Assembly (NCBI RefSeq): GCF_001644705.1
Contig: NZ_CP015137.1
Location: 2,850,001-2,882,000, forward strand
From: Dickeya solani IPO 2222
Lineage (GTDB): Bacteria > Pseudomonadota > Gammaproteobacteria > Enterobacterales > Enterobacteriaceae
Direction: 5' to 3'
DNA length: 32,000 nt
A program made the position numbers and the translations under genes. The notes beneath the pieces are model-generated. The model was not told where the DNA came from. It made no database searches and saw nothing but the letters and a program-made list of their open reading frames with translations. This document shows, in pieces, positions 1 to 10,448 of this stretch (positions are counted from its first letter, which is position 1; each line of letters opens with the position of its first letter).

Positions 1-31
1 CCTGATTGAACGTCTGGGTCTGCGTCGCTAA
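1..31 (+). CDS. rpsO: 30S ribosomal protein S15, 3' end (partial, starts left of window)
   Basis: Frame starting at nt 2 reads LIERLGLRR-stop (TAA 29-31), the conserved S15 C-terminus. A hairpin terminator and pnp follow, as in the rpsO-pnp operon. Confidence 0.8.
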   Translation, partial: LIERLGLRR

Positions 32-49
32 TTCGACGAGTTTCAGGAG

Positions 50-78
50 AGAGGGGCCTTTTGGGGCCCCTTTCTTCT
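50..78 (+). terminator. rpsO intrinsic terminator hairpin
   Basis: AGGGGCC (52-58) pairs with GGCCCCT (65-71), followed by the T-rich tract TTTCTTCT. It lies directly after the rpsO stop. Confidence 0.7.
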
Positions 79-145
79 AGGAAGTGCCAGCAAAACAGAG
101 TAATGTATTGCTGTTGTGAATATGATCCGTTATTACAGCGATTCG

Positions 146-202
146 CGCGGCTAATGAGAGGCTTTATCTGTTGCGTCAGAATGAAGGCTGTCATTAGTCG
201 CG
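146..202 (+). promoter_or_regulatory. pnp leader long hairpin (RNase III / PNPase autoregulation stem)
   Basis: CGCGGCTAATGAGAGGCTTT (146-165) pairs with GAAGGCTGTCATTAGTCGCG (183-202). This gives about 20 bp with two mismatches and GU pairs. Position and sequence resemble the RNase III-processed stem of the E. coli pnp leader. Confidence 0.6.
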
Positions 203-283
203 AGGATGTAATGGCCGGATCGGGTATTAACTGGTGCGTCATATCAGGGATATGGTGCGCGCCTCTGGTAAAGGACAAGTATT

Positions 284-2404
284 TTGCTTAATCCGATCGT
301 TCGTAAATTCCAGTACGGTCAGCATACCGTGACACTAGAAACCGGTATGATGGCTCGTCAGGCTACTGCTGCTGTAATGGTCAGCATGGATGACACCGCG
401 GTATTCGTGACCGTGGTGGGTGCCAAACAAGCCAAGCCGGGTCAGGACTTTTTCCCGTTGACCGTTAACTATCAGGAGCGTACCTACGCTGCTGGCCGTA
501 TCCCCGGCAGTTTTTTCCGTCGTGAAGGCCGTCCGAGCGAAGGTGAAACGCTGACTTCCCGTCTGATCGACCGTCCGATTCGTCCGCTGTTCCCGGATGG
601 TTTCGTTAATGAAGTACAGGTTATCGCCACTGTGGTTTCTGTTAATCCGCAGATTAACCCGGATATCGTTGCCATGATCGGTGCTTCTGCTGCGCTGAGT
701 CTGTCCGGCATTCCGTTCAACGGCCCGATTGGCTCGGCTCGCGTTGGTTACATCAACGACCAGTATGTGCTGAACCCGACTACCGAAGAACTGAAAACCA
801 GTCGTCTGGATCTGGTGGTCGCCGGTACGGAAGGCGCGGTGCTGATGGTAGAGTCCGAAGCGGATCTGCTGAGCGAAGACCAGATGCTGGGCGCGGTAGT
901 GTTTGGTCACGACCAGCAGCAGATTGTTATCGAAAATATCAAGTCGCTGACGGCGGAAGCCGGCAAGCCGAAGTGGAACTGGCAGGCGCCGGAAATTAAT
1001 GTCGAACTGCACAACCGCGTGCAGGCGCTGTCTGAAACTCGTCTGGGCGATGCCTATCGCATCACCGAAAAACAGCAGCGTTACGCTCAGGTTGATACCA
1101 TCAAATCCGATGTGACTGCGGCTCTGTTGGCGGAAGATGGCACGCTGGACGAGAACGAACTGCGCGATATTCTCGGCAGCATCGAGAAGAATGTGGTGCG
1201 TAGCCGTGTACTGAGCGGCGAACCGCGCATCGACGGCCGTGAAAAAGACATGATCCGTGGCCTGGATGTTCGTACCGGCGTACTGCCGCGTACTCACGGT
1301 TCCGCACTGTTTACCCGTGGTGAAACTCAGGCGCTGGTTACCGCGACGCTGGGTACCGAGCGTGACGCACAGATTATTGACGAACTGATCGGCGAACGTA
1401 CCGATCGCTTCCTGCTGCACTACAACTTCCCGCCGTACTCCGTGGGCGAAACCGGTATGGTCGGGTCGCCGAAGCGCCGTGAAATCGGTCACGGTCGTCT
1501 GGCTAAACGTGGCGTGTTGGCTGTGATGCCGAAACCGGAAGCTTTCCCGTACACCGTGCGTGTGGTATCCGAAATCACTGAGTCCAATGGTTCTTCTTCT
1601 ATGGCGTCCGTGTGCGGCGCGTCGCTGGCGCTGATGGATGCCGGTGTGCCAATCAAAGCTGCCGTTGCTGGTATCGCGATGGGCCTGGTAAAAGAAGGCG
1701 ACAACTACGTTGTGCTGTCAGACATCCTGGGGGACGAAGACCACCTGGGCGACATGGACTTCAAAGTTGCCGGTAGCCGTGAAGGCGTGACTGCGCTGCA
1801 GATGGACATCAAAATCGAAGGCATCACCCGCGAAATCATGCAGGTGGCGCTGAATCAGGCTAAGGGTGCGCGTCTGCACATTCTGGGCGTGATGGAACAG
1901 GCCATTAGCACGCCGCGTGGCGATATCTCCGAATTCGCACCGCGTATTCACACCATCAAGATCAGCACCGACAAGATCAAAGATGTGATTGGTAAAGGTG
2001 GTTCGGTGATCCGTGCGCTGACCGAAGAAACCGGCACCACCATCGAGATCGAAGACGACGGCACGGTGAAAATCGCATCGACCGACGGTGAAAAAGCGAA
2101 ACATGCTATTCGTCGTATCGAAGAGATCACGGCTGAAATCGAAGTGGGCCGTATCTATCAGGGTAAAGTGACCCGCATCGTTGACTTTGGCGCCTTTGTA
2201 GCCATCGGCGGCGGTAAAGAAGGTCTGGTACATATTTCTCAGATCGCCGACAAGCGCGTTGAGAAAGTGACCGACTATCTGCAGATGGGCCAGGAAGTAC
2301 CGGTCAAGGTACTGGAAGTGGATCGTCAGGGCCGTGTCCGTTTGAGCATAAAAGAAGCAACTGCTCAATCTCAGGAAACTATTCAGGTTTCCGAAGAAGA
2401 ATAA
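284..2404 (+). CDS. pnp: polynucleotide phosphorylase (PNPase)
   Basis: The 706-aa ORF starts [41 protein letters not shown], near-identical to E. coli PNPase. It uses a TTG start at 284 as in E. coli. RNase PH, KH and S1 regions are readable. Confidence 0.98.
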   Translation: MLNPIVRKFQYGQHTVTLETGMMARQATAAVMVSMDDTAVFVTVVGAKQAKPGQDFFPLTVNYQERTYAAGRIPGSFFRREGRPSEGETLTSRLIDRPIRPLFPDGFVNEVQVIATVVSVNPQINPDIVAMIGASAALSLSGIPFNGPIGSARVGYINDQYVLNPTTEELKTSRLDLVVAGTEGAVLMVESEADLLSEDQMLGAVVFGHDQQQIVIENIKSLTAEAGKPKWNWQAPEINVELHNRVQALSETRLGDAYRITEKQQRYAQVDTIKSDVTAALLAEDGTLDENELRDILGSIEKNVVRSRVLSGEPRIDGREKDMIRGLDVRTGVLPRTHGSALFTRGETQALVTATLGTERDAQIIDELIGERTDRFLLHYNFPPYSVGETGMVGSPKRREIGHGRLAKRGVLAVMPKPEAFPYTVRVVSEITESNGSSSMASVCGASLALMDAGVPIKAAVAGIAMGLVKEGDNYVVLSDILGDEDHLGDMDFKVAGSREGVTALQMDIKIEGITREIMQVALNQAKGARLHILGVMEQAISTPRGDISEFAPRIHTIKISTDKIKDVIGKGGSVIRALTEETGTTIEIEDDGTVKIASTDGEKAKHAIRRIEEITAEIEVGRIYQGKVTRIVDFGAFVAIGGGKEGLVHISQIADKRVEKVTDYLQMGQEVPVKVLEVDRQGRVRLSIKEATAQSQETIQVSEEE

Positions 2405-2421
2405 TAGCGGATAATCGATTG

Positions 2422-2449
2422 GCAGCTCCTTACGATGTGAAGGAGCTGC
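2422..2449 (+). terminator. stem-loop between pnp and nlpI (possible attenuator or processing hairpin)
   Basis: GCAGCTCCTT (2422-2431) and AAGGAGCTGC (2440-2449) form a perfect 10-bp stem with an 8-nt loop. No clear U-tract follows, so efficient termination is doubtful. Confidence 0.4.
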
Positions 2450-2531
2450 GTGTATTATAAGGAACGGATATCCTTATGCTGAGCAGTCGGGGACAGGATG
2501 TTCATCCAATGTTTGTCTTCGGGAGTGGGAA

Positions 2532-3416
2532 ATGAAGCCTTTCTTGCGCTGGTGTTATGTTGCGACAGCAATTATGCTGGCAGGATGCAGCAACACGGAT
2601 TGGCGCAAAGATGCATTGCTGGCGGTACCGTTGCAGCCAACGCTGCAGCAGGAAGTCATCCTGGCACGCATGGAGCAGATCCTGGCGAGCCGGGCAATTA
2701 CTCCCGATGAGCGAGCACAGTTGTTATATGAGCGCGGAGTGCTGTATGATAGCCTCGGGTTACGGGCGTTGGCGCGAAATGATTTTTCACAAGCACTTTC
2801 CATCCGTCCCGATATGCCGGAAGTGTTTAACTACCTCGGCATTTACTTGACGCAGGCAGGCAATTTTGATGCTGCCTATGAAGCGTTTGATTCTGTATTA
2901 GAACTTGATCCAACTTACAATTATGCGCGTTTGAATCGGGGCATCGCTTTGTACTACGGCGGTCGCTACCTGTTGGCGCAGGATGATCTGCTAGCGTTTT
3001 ATCGCGACGATCCTAATGATCCTTTCCGTTCCCTGTGGCTTTATCTGGTGGAGAGAGAAATCAATCCCGAGAAGGCCAAATCAGCGTTGAAAGAACGCTA
3101 CGAAGGGGCAAAGAAAGGTGTGTGGGGATGGACGATTGTCGAATTCTACCTGGGCGACATCAACGAAAAAGTGTTGATGCAGCGTGTGCAGGAAGAAGCT
3201 AAGGATAACACTTCGCTCGCCGAGCATCTCAGTGAAACTGACTTCTATTTAGGTAAGCACTACCTAAGTCTGGGGGACAAGAACACCGCCGAGGCGTTGT
3301 TCAAGCTGACGGTTGCTAACAATGTTCACAATTTTGTTGAGCACCGCTATGCATTGTTGGAATTGGCGCAGTTAGGCCAAGAGCAAGACGACCTATCAGG
3401 ATCGGACCAGCAATAG
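2532..3416 (+). CDS. nlpI: TPR-repeat outer-membrane lipoprotein NlpI
   Basis: 294 aa with lipobox LAGC near the N-terminus ([21 protein letters not shown]) and TPR-like repeats. Synteny pnp-nlpI-deaD. SD GGGAG lies upstream. Confidence 0.95.
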   Translation: MKPFLRWCYVATAIMLAGCSNTDWRKDALLAVPLQPTLQQEVILARMEQILASRAITPDERAQLLYERGVLYDSLGLRALARNDFSQALSIRPDMPEVFNYLGIYLTQAGNFDAAYEAFDSVLELDPTYNYARLNRGIALYYGGRYLLAQDDLLAFYRDDPNDPFRSLWLYLVEREINPEKAKSALKERYEGAKKGVWGWTIVEFYLGDINEKVLMQRVQEEAKDNTSLAEHLSETDFYLGKHYLSLGDKNTAEALFKLTVANNVHNFVEHRYALLELAQLGQEQDDLSGSDQQ

Positions 3417-3596
3417 CTGACGAACACCTTTCAGCCTGAAATCATGATGATTTCTTTATCGCCTTAATGGGCGAGGCTTTTTTGTTCGCTTTTTAATCCA
3501 ATTTGAGCCGGTTCACACTTTTCAATGAAAATGATTGAGTATTTTCTCGACAAGTTATGTAGACTGGCCGCCATTTTGAAGTGAGGCAAAGTTTAC

Positions 3597-5492
3597 ATGG
3601 CAGAGTTTGAAACCTCTTTTGCTAGTTTGGGGCTGTCCGCTCCTATTCTGAATGCACTGTCTGATATGGGGTACGAAAAGCCATCCCCGATTCAGGCGGA
3701 ATGTATTCCTCATCTGCTCAACGGGCGCGACGTACTGGGTATGGCGCAGACCGGGAGCGGCAAGACCGCGGCATTTTCCCTGCCGCTGCTGAACAATATC
3801 AAGGCTGAACTGAAAGCGCCGCAGTTGCTGGTGCTGGCACCGACCCGTGAGCTGGCGGTGCAGGTTGCGGAAGCCTGTAACGAATTTTCTAAACATATGC
3901 AGGGCGTCAATGTAGTGGCCCTGTACGGCGGCCAGCGTTATGACGTGCAGCTGCGCGCGCTGCGTCAGGGACCGCAAATCGTGGTCGGTACCCCAGGGCG
4001 TCTGCTGGACCACCTGAAACGCGGTACGCTGGATCTGTCCAACCTGAGCGGTCTGGTACTGGACGAAGCTGACGAAATGCTGCGCATGGGCTTCATTGAA
4101 GATGTGGAAAACATCATGGCGCAGATCCCGGCTGAACATCAGACGGCGCTGTTCTCCGCCACCATGCCGGAAGCGATTCGTCGTATCACCCGTCGTTTCA
4201 TGAACGATCCGCAGGAAGTCCGCATTCAGTCTAGCGTGACGACTCGTCCGGATATCAGCCAGAGCTACTGGACGGTATACGGCATGCGTAAGAATGAAGC
4301 ACTGATCCGTTTCCTGGAAGCTGAAGATTTTGATGCCGCGATCATTTTCGTGCGTACCAAGAATGCCACGCTGGAAGTGGCCGAAGCGCTGGAGCACAGC
4401 GGTTACAACAGCGCTGCGCTGAACGGCGACATGAATCAGGCGCTGCGTGAACAAACGCTGGAACGTCTGAAAGACGGTCGTCTGGATATCCTGATCGCGA
4501 CCGACGTTGCCGCGCGTGGTCTGGATGTTGAGCGTATCAGCCTGGTAGTGAACTACGATATCCCGATGGATTCCGAGTCCTACGTACACCGTATCGGCCG
4601 TACCGGTCGTGCAGGTCGTGCCGGACGTGCGCTGCTGTTCGTGGAAAACCGCGAGCGCCGCCTGCTGCGCAACATTGAGCGCACCATGAAGCTGACGATT
4701 CCGGAAGTGGATCTGCCGAACGCCGAACTGCTGGGGCAGCGCCGTCTGGCGCAGTTTGCCGCCAAAGTACAGCAGCAGCTGGAAAGCAGCGATCTGGACA
4801 TGTACCGTGCACTGCTCAGCAAGCTGCAGCCGCAGCAAGAAGAGCTGGACATCGAAACGCTGGCTGCTGCGCTGCTGAAAATGGCGCAGGGCGAACGTCC
4901 GCTGATTCTGCCGCCGGAGCCGGTGGTTGAACGTCGTCCGCGCCGTGAGTTCCGCGAACGCGATGAGCGCTTTGAGCGTCGTGGTGATCGTAACGATCGT
5001 GGCGACCGTAACGATCGTGGTCCTCGTAGCGATGAGCGTCCAGCCCGTCGTGAGCGTCGTGATGTTGGCGAAATGGATCTGTATCGGATCGAAGTGGGTC
5101 GTGACGATGGCGTGGAAGTGCGTCATATCGTGGGCGCGATTGCTAACGAAGGCGACATCAGCAGTCGTTACATCGGCAACATTAAACTGTTTGCCTCACA
5201 CTCCACCATTGAGCTGCCGAAAGGCATGCCGGGCGACCTGCTGTCGCACTTCACCCGTACGCGTATTCTGAACAAGCCAATGAATATGCAACTGATGGGT
5301 GAGGCACAGCCGCATGAACGCCGTGAGCGTCGTGAAGGCGGTGAGCGTGGCGACCGTGGTGCCCGTGGGTTTAGCGAACGCCCCGCTGGTAATGGCCGCG
5401 GCCGTCCGTTCAATGGCGAACGTCGTGAAGGTGGCGAACGTCGCGGCAGCCGTGACGGTCAGCGCGCGCCGCGCCGTGCCAGCAATGCCTGA
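3597..5492 (+). CDS. deaD: cold-shock DEAD-box ATP-dependent RNA helicase DeaD/CsdA
   Basis: 631 aa starting [13 protein letters not shown]. Motifs [15 protein letters not shown] and [10 protein letters not shown] are present. The R/G/D/E-rich C-terminal tail is typical of DeaD. Confidence 0.97.
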   Translation: MAEFETSFASLGLSAPILNALSDMGYEKPSPIQAECIPHLLNGRDVLGMAQTGSGKTAAFSLPLLNNIKAELKAPQLLVLAPTRELAVQVAEACNEFSKHMQGVNVVALYGGQRYDVQLRALRQGPQIVVGTPGRLLDHLKRGTLDLSNLSGLVLDEADEMLRMGFIEDVENIMAQIPAEHQTALFSATMPEAIRRITRRFMNDPQEVRIQSSVTTRPDISQSYWTVYGMRKNEALIRFLEAEDFDAAIIFVRTKNATLEVAEALEHSGYNSAALNGDMNQALREQTLERLKDGRLDILIATDVAARGLDVERISLVVNYDIPMDSESYVHRIGRTGRAGRAGRALLFVENRERRLLRNIERTMKLTIPEVDLPNAELLGQRRLAQFAAKVQQQLESSDLDMYRALLSKLQPQQEELDIETLAAALLKMAQGERPLILPPEPVVERRPRREFRERDERFERRGDRNDRGDRNDRGPRSDERPARRERRDVGEMDLYRIEVGRDDGVEVRHIVGAIANEGDISSRYIGNIKLFASHSTIELPKGMPGDLLSHFTRTRILNKPMNMQLMGEAQPHERRERREGGERGDRGARGFSERPAGNGRGRPFNGERREGGERRGSRDGQRAPRRASNA

Positions 5493-5512
5493 TAACGTCT
5501 GACGTTGATGTG

Positions 5513-5541
5513 AAAAACCAGCCCTCGGGCTGGTTTTTTTT
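5513..5541. terminator. bidirectional intrinsic terminator between convergent deaD and yhbW
   Basis: AAAAACCAGCCC-TCG-GGCTGGTTTTTTTT. A GC stem is flanked by an A-run and a T-run, between two convergent stop codons. Confidence 0.8.
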
Positions 5542-5559
5542 ATGCCACCGGTTTTTATG

Positions 5560-6579
5560 TCACTGAATGCGCGCTTCCCGCACGATTTCCGGTTGCAACT
5601 GCGCCACCAGCTCAAATGAACGCAGCCGCGCCTGATGGTCAAATATCTGACCGTTAATCATCAGCTCATCCGCCTGGGTTTCCCGCAACAGGGTTTGCAG
5701 GCCATGACGAACTTTGGTTTGATCGCCCACCACCGCCAGCCGTAAAGTCTGTTCTACCGCAAACTGTTCCGCAGCGGACCAGTGCGCATCCATCGACTCC
5801 ACCGGTGCAGGCAGCGGCCCCGGCGTGCCGCGTCGCAGGTTAATAAACTGCTGCTGCAACGAGGTGAACAGAAAACGGGCGTCCCGATCGCTGTCGGCGG
5901 CGACCACGTTGATGCACACCATGGCATACGGTTGCTCAAGCTGGGCGGATGGCTGGAAGTTATCCCGATAGCGCTGCAACGCCTGCAATAACATATCCGG
6001 TGCGAAATGGGCGGCGAAGGCAAACGGCAGACCCATCGATGCAGCTAGCTGGGCGCTGTACAGGCTGGAGCCAAGCAGCCAAATTGGGACGTTCAGGCCC
6101 TGTCCCGGCACCGCCTGTACGGTTTGTCCCGGTTGAACAGGGGCGAAGTAGCGCTGAAGTTCCTGCACATCATGGGGAAAATCGTCAATATCGGCGTTCA
6201 GATGGCGGCGTAACGCCTGCATGGTGCGTTGGTCGGTGCCTGGCGCGCGCCCCAGACCCAGTTCGATACGGCCGGGATAGAGCGATTCGAGCGTGCCGAA
6301 CTGTTCGGCAACCACCAGCGGAGCATGATTTGGCAGCATGACGCCGCCGGAACCAAGCTTGATTCGCTGTGTACCGCTGGCAATGTAACCGATCAGCACC
6401 GACGTGGCCGCGCTGGCGATACCGGTCATGTTGTGATGTTCCGCCAGCCAGTAGCGTTGATACCCCCATTTTTCCGCGTGCTGCGCCAGATCCAAAGAAT
6501 GGTGGAACGCATCACGGGCCGTGTTGCCTTGTGGGATAGGGGCCAGATCGAGCAGCGAGAAAGGAACGGTAGCTGTCAT
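5560..6579 (-). CDS. yhbW: luciferase-like (LLM class) flavin-dependent monooxygenase, YhbW-like
   Basis: 339 aa. [12 protein letters not shown]...[24 protein letters not shown]...VMLPNH closely parallels E. coli YhbW as I recall it. Confidence 0.9.
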   Translation of the reverse strand: MTATVPFSLLDLAPIPQGNTARDAFHHSLDLAQHAEKWGYQRYWLAEHHNMTGIASAATSVLIGYIASGTQRIKLGSGGVMLPNHAPLVVAEQFGTLESLYPGRIELGLGRAPGTDQRTMQALRRHLNADIDDFPHDVQELQRYFAPVQPGQTVQAVPGQGLNVPIWLLGSSLYSAQLAASMGLPFAFAAHFAPDMLLQALQRYRDNFQPSAQLEQPYAMVCINVVAADSDRDARFLFTSLQQQFINLRRGTPGPLPAPVESMDAHWSAAEQFAVEQTLRLAVVGDQTKVRHGLQTLLRETQADELMINGQIFDHQARLRSFELVAQLQPEIVREARIQ

Positions 6580-6665
6580 AAGCGTGACTCATCGGGTTGA
6601 GGGGCTGACGGCGTCAGCCCGAATAAACACAGCTGAGATGTTACGCTATCTTAACAATTCTCAAC

Positions 6666-6687
6666 GGACGATGCGTGCGCATCGTCC
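6666..6687 (-). terminator. perfect 10-bp palindromic hairpin just downstream of ubiV
   Basis: GGACGATGCG-TG-CGCATCGTCC lies 9 nt after the ubiV stop on the minus strand. Only a weak U-rich tail follows. Confidence 0.4.
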
Positions 6688-6695
6688 TGACTGGC

Positions 6696-7574
6696 TTAAC
6701 CGACCAGCTCCAGCCCGGCCACCCGTCGCCAGTAGCCGTTGCAATCCTGTTGGTTTTCCAGCGTCAGCGGCTGCCCGCCGTGCTGGTTGACGCGGAAACG
6801 GTCGATCATCGCCAGCGTATCCAGCCCTTGCGGCGACAGGCGGACGATATCCACCAGCCCGTCCATTGAGGCCAGGTCGTTGCCGAGGTTATAGCAATAA
6901 CCGCTCTGGGTCTGGATGCCGTTAAGCACAAACACCTGCTGGTTTTCCTGCGATAGCATCTGGCGCCCTTGTGGGTAGTGGATGCAGCAGGTCTCGCATT
7001 CGTCCTTGGGGCGGTTTTCCGAACGGGCGGTAAAGCAGCGGGCGGAATACGCCAGCGGCAGATGACCATAACTCAGCACTTCCACCTCAAACTGATGGCG
7101 AAAACCGAGCTCATCGCACTGATTGAGCAGATGTTGCAGCCAGTCCCGCGATAATTCCACCGGCATGCACCAGCGCATCATGCCCTGTTTGTGTAGTAAC
7201 CGCAGGGTGTAGGCGTTATAACAGTTGAGCGCGTGGCCGACGACAAACGGCAGGCCGCGCTCCGCCGCCATGTTGACAGCGCCCAGATCGTTGGCTTCCA
7301 GCAGGAATTCACCGTTTTCCACATACCTTTTCAGCTCAGTCAGTTCGGAAGGCGCCTGCAACAGCGACAGCGTGGAGATCACCACCTGTTTGCCGCTGGC
7401 CGCGATCTCGCGCGCCAGTGTGAGCCAGTCGCTGACTTTCATGCCCCGGCGTTTGCTGCACACGGTTTCACCCAGATAGATGATATCGGCGCTGCTGGCG
7501 GACGCGGCCTGATAAAACGTTTCAATGTCGGCTTTGGGCCAATAGTAGAGCAGGGCGCCCAGTGAATATTTCAT
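6696..7574 (-). CDS. ubiV: U32-family protein UbiV (YhbV), O2-independent ubiquinone biosynthesis
   Basis: 292 aa. MKYSLGALLYYWPK...IIYLGETVCSKRR matches E. coli YhbV/UbiV in sequence and length. SD AGGAGA upstream. Lies 18 nt downstream of ubiU. Confidence 0.9.
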   Translation of the reverse strand: MKYSLGALLYYWPKADIETFYQAASASSADIIYLGETVCSKRRGMKVSDWLTLAREIAASGKQVVISTLSLLQAPSELTELKRYVENGEFLLEANDLGAVNMAAERGLPFVVGHALNCYNAYTLRLLHKQGMMRWCMPVELSRDWLQHLLNQCDELGFRHQFEVEVLSYGHLPLAYSARCFTARSENRPKDECETCCIHYPQGRQMLSQENQQVFVLNGIQTQSGYCYNLGNDLASMDGLVDIVRLSPQGLDTLAMIDRFRVNQHGGQPLTLENQQDCNGYWRRVAGLELVG

Positions 7575-7592
7575 GTTGTCGATATCTCCTGA

Positions 7593-8591
7593 CTACTGCC
7601 ACTGGCGATGGTAGGCGCCCAGCGTGGTTTGCGTACCTTCGGCGACGGCGCCCAACGCCTCCATCCACTCGGCGGTGGGGGTAAAATGCGCCGGATCGGC
7701 CTTGCAGCGGTCGATCGCCTGTCGCCACACCTGGGTTACCTGACTGACGTACGCCGGGCTGCGCTGACGACCTTCGATTTTCACCGAGGCGATATTGGCC
7801 GCCATCAGTTCCGGCAGCAGTTCCAGCGTATTCAGGCTGGTGGGTTCCTCCAGCGCGTGATAGCGCTGGCCGTCCACCAGATAACGGCCTTTGCACAAGG
7901 TCGGGTAGCCGGCGTTTTCATGATCCTGATAGCGATCGATCAACACATCGTTTAGCCGTGATTCCATGCCGTTTTCCGTCTGCTGCCAGCGCACGAAACG
8001 TGCCGGCGAGCAGGCGCCGACGGTGTTGGGCGACTCGCCGGTCAGATAGGAAGAGAGGTAACAGCGCCCTTCAGCCATGATGCACAGGCTGCCGAAGGCG
8101 AACACTTCCAGCGGCACCGGGCTGGTACGCGAAAGCTGTTTGACCTGATGAATGGAGAGCACACGCGGCAGCACGATGCGGGCGACATCGAAGTGGCGCT
8201 GATAAAAGCGAATGGCTTCCTCGTTGGTGGCGGATGCCTGCACCGACACGTGCCGCTCTACCGCTGGATAGCGCTCGGCGGCATACTCCAGCATCGCCAG
8301 ATCCGCCAGAATCAGCGCATCGGCGCCGGCGGTCTGCACCGCGGTGTCCACCGCCCGCTGCCAGCGCTGATAGCCGTCCGGGTGAGCAAAGGTGTTGATG
8401 GCGATATGCAGCTTGCGGCGGTGGCGATGCACGTAGTCGCTGGCGTCCTGCAGTTTTTTGTCGTTGAAATTGAGGCCGGCGAAGTGGCGGGCGTTGGTAT
8501 CGTCTTTCAGCCCGATGTACACCGCGTCGGCGCCATGGTCGATGGCGGCTTTTAGTGCCGGTATATTACCGGCGGGGCAAAGCAGTTCCAT
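7593..8591 (-). CDS. ubiU: U32-family protein UbiU (YhbU), O2-independent ubiquinone biosynthesis
   Basis: 332 aa. MELLCPAGNIPALKAAIDHGADAVYIGLKDDTNARHFAGLNF is near-identical to the E. coli YhbU/UbiU N-terminus. SD AAAGGA upstream. Confidence 0.9.
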   Translation of the reverse strand: MELLCPAGNIPALKAAIDHGADAVYIGLKDDTNARHFAGLNFNDKKLQDASDYVHRHRRKLHIAINTFAHPDGYQRWQRAVDTAVQTAGADALILADLAMLEYAAERYPAVERHVSVQASATNEEAIRFYQRHFDVARIVLPRVLSIHQVKQLSRTSPVPLEVFAFGSLCIMAEGRCYLSSYLTGESPNTVGACSPARFVRWQQTENGMESRLNDVLIDRYQDHENAGYPTLCKGRYLVDGQRYHALEEPTSLNTLELLPELMAANIASVKIEGRQRSPAYVSQVTQVWRQAIDRCKADPAHFTPTAEWMEALGAVAEGTQTTLGAYHRQWQ

Positions 8592-8913
8592 TCTTACGTC
8601 CTTTCATCACGGCCTGACGCAGCGGGCCGGTTTGCAATGAGAAGGAATCTTAGTGAACCCCGCTGTCAGCGACTTTGATTTAAACCAGCATATCGGGGAA
8701 TTGCTGGCGGTTACCGGTCGTGATTTGGCGCAGAACAGGCTAAATTTAACTCGTGACATTCCAGCGACTTGCCCTGCGGGTGTCGCTACTCGATGTTAAA
8801 AAACGCGTCTGGCGTTTTTTATTGATGTAGACCCCTGCTGCCGGTTTCCCGTTCTGTGGCAGAATAATGGCCATATCGGTTAGGCAGCATCGCTTTAGAT
8901 GAGGAGTACGCCA

Positions 8914-9438
8914 GTGTTGGAAAAACTACGGGCGCAGATTGTGCGTCAAGGGCCACGTTTACTGAGTAAGCCGTTAACGTTAACGCCTTTCTTCCTGCAG
9001 CGCCGGGTGCTGGAACAACTGTTGGGCTGGCAGTTCCGCCAGGCATTGGAAGAAGGCGAACTGGATTTTCTTGACGGGCGCTGGTTGCGCATCGAAGTCC
9101 GCGATATCGGTCTGCAGTGGTTTGTCACGTTGCGGGATAACCGGCTGGAAATCAGTCATAACGAGCTGGCGGATGTGAGCTTCAGCGCCGACGCCAACGA
9201 TCTGATCCTGATCGCCGCCCGCCGTGAAGATCCGGACTCGCTGTTTTTCCAGCGCCGCCTGCGCATTGAAGGGGATACTGAGCTGGGGCTGTACGTCAAG
9301 AACCTGATGGATGCCATCGAGCTGGAAAACATGCCGGCGCCGCTGCGCGTCGCCCTGCTGCAACTGGCCGGGTTTGTGGCCGCTGGTTTACAGGAGGGCG
9401 CGGAGCTGGCTAGTCCGCACGCGCCGGTATCATGCTGA
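8914..9438 (+). CDS. ubiT: SCP2-domain ubiquinone-pathway accessory protein UbiT (YhbT)
   Basis: Homologous to E. coli YhbT (LEKLRAQIV...WQFRQALEEGELDFLDGRWL...FFQRRLRIEGDTELGLYVKNLMDAIELE). I favour GTG 8914, preceded by GAGGAG 7 nt upstream, over the ORF-track ATG at 8899. GTG 8914 aligns with the E. coli N-terminus. Confidence 0.85.
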   Translation: MLEKLRAQIVRQGPRLLSKPLTLTPFFLQRRVLEQLLGWQFRQALEEGELDFLDGRWLRIEVRDIGLQWFVTLRDNRLEISHNELADVSFSADANDLILIAARREDPDSLFFQRRLRIEGDTELGLYVKNLMDAIELENMPAPLRVALLQLAGFVAAGLQEGAELASPHAPVSC

Positions 9439-9935
9439 TCCGTGTTGAAATCCCGGTTGATGCGCCGGGTATCGATGCCCTGCTGCGGCGCGCGTTTCCT
9501 ACCAGCGCCGAGGCGGAATTGGTGCACCAACTGCGTGAAGACGGCCAGTTGACGCTGGGTATTGTCGCTACCGACGACGAGGGCGGCGTGGTGGGATATG
9601 CCGCGTTCAGCCCGGTGACGCTGGGCGGTGAAGACCTGCAATGGGTGGCGCTGGCGCCGATGGCGGTGGATGAAAACCATCGGTGTCAGGGCATTGGCGA
9701 GAAGCTGGTGTACGAAGGGCTGGATGCACTTAACGAGTTCGGTTATACCGCCGTGGTCGTGCTTGGCAACCGACATTACTACGCGCGCTTCGGTTTTGTC
9801 CCGGCGGTGGAACAGCAGCTGTATTGTCGCTGGTTGGGCTGCGAGTCGGATTTTCAGGTCTACCCGCTGGCAGACAACCATTTTCAGGGCGCCAGCGGTC
9901 TGGTGGAGTATGCAGAACCGTTCAATCGCTTCTAA
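9432..9935 (+). CDS. yhbS: GNAT-family N-acetyltransferase YhbS
   Basis: 167 aa. MLIRVEIPVDAPGIDALLRRAF...LVHQLREDG matches E. coli YhbS. The ATG overlaps the ubiT stop (ATGCTGA), implying translational coupling. Confidence 0.9.
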   Translation: MLIRVEIPVDAPGIDALLRRAFPTSAEAELVHQLREDGQLTLGIVATDDEGGVVGYAAFSPVTLGGEDLQWVALAPMAVDENHRCQGIGEKLVYEGLDALNEFGYTAVVVLGNRHYYARFGFVPAVEQQLYCRWLGCESDFQVYPLADNHFQGASGLVEYAEPFNRF

Positions 9936-9938
9936 CGT

Positions 9939-10259
9939 TCAATCGCCTCTGAATAGGGGCGGAAAATCGGCAAGCGTCGAAGGCTGGTGTTGCACCAGCC
10001 TTTCTTTTTGCATTTTGCTCAGCTGTTTGACGCGGTATTCCCATTTCAGCGCGGTGGAGCGATCGCCCGCCACGCAGTGATATGCCAGCGTCAGTGGCCC
10101 TTTGCCGCGCAACGCGCGCGCCCCTTTCCCGCTCTGATGCTGCGTCAAACGCCGCGCCACGTCAGTGGTGATGCCGGTATAAAGCCATCCGCTGCCGGTG
10201 CGCAGCAGGTATAAAAACCACGTTGTCCCGGTGTCTTTCACCGTCATTCCTTTATTCAT
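9939..10259 (-). CDS. yhbQ: GIY-YIG nuclease-superfamily protein YhbQ
   Basis: [41 protein letters not shown]...[16 protein letters not shown] matches E. coli YhbQ. The start is uncertain. ATG 10259 has no SD, while GTG 10241 has AAGGA 6 nt upstream. Confidence 0.85.
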   Translation of the reverse strand: MNKGMTVKDTGTTWFLYLLRTGSGWLYTGITTDVARRLTQHQSGKGARALRGKGPLTLAYHCVAGDRSTALKWEYRVKQLSKMQKERLVQHQPSTLADFPPLFRGD

Positions 10260-10448
10260 TGTTCAGCGCGCTTATTTTACGGTGATATATCGGTGAAGAT
10301 AGTCTGTGCCTCCATATAGCTGGTGGCTGGTGATGGAAAAATCGAGATCATTATTTATCAATAGGTTATCGATTTTTAACAACAAGGAAAAGTGGGTGGA
10401 ATAACATGAGCTTTAACAATCATTATAAAACAAGACTCTATTTTTAGT

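Noticed and set aside
61-291. 76-aa ORF in the rpsO-pnp intergenic region.
   Set aside because: It lies across the rpsO terminator and the conserved RNase III hairpin of the pnp leader. It is Cys-rich nonsense with no SD. The region is known to be a non-coding regulatory leader.
335-1492. Long antisense ORFs opposite well-supported genes: 335-1492(-) in pnp, 3555-5126(-) in deaD, 9156-9881(-), 10694-11464(-), 11454-12848(-) in deoA, 12998-13849(-) in deoB and 14370-15164(-) in deoD.
   Set aside because: Each is the shadow frame of a gene with near-complete identity to a known E. coli protein. Their translations are R/Q/H/T/V-rich low-complexity strings with no recognisable motifs and no SD-start context. 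This is typical of the codon-periodicity artefact in GC-rich DNA.
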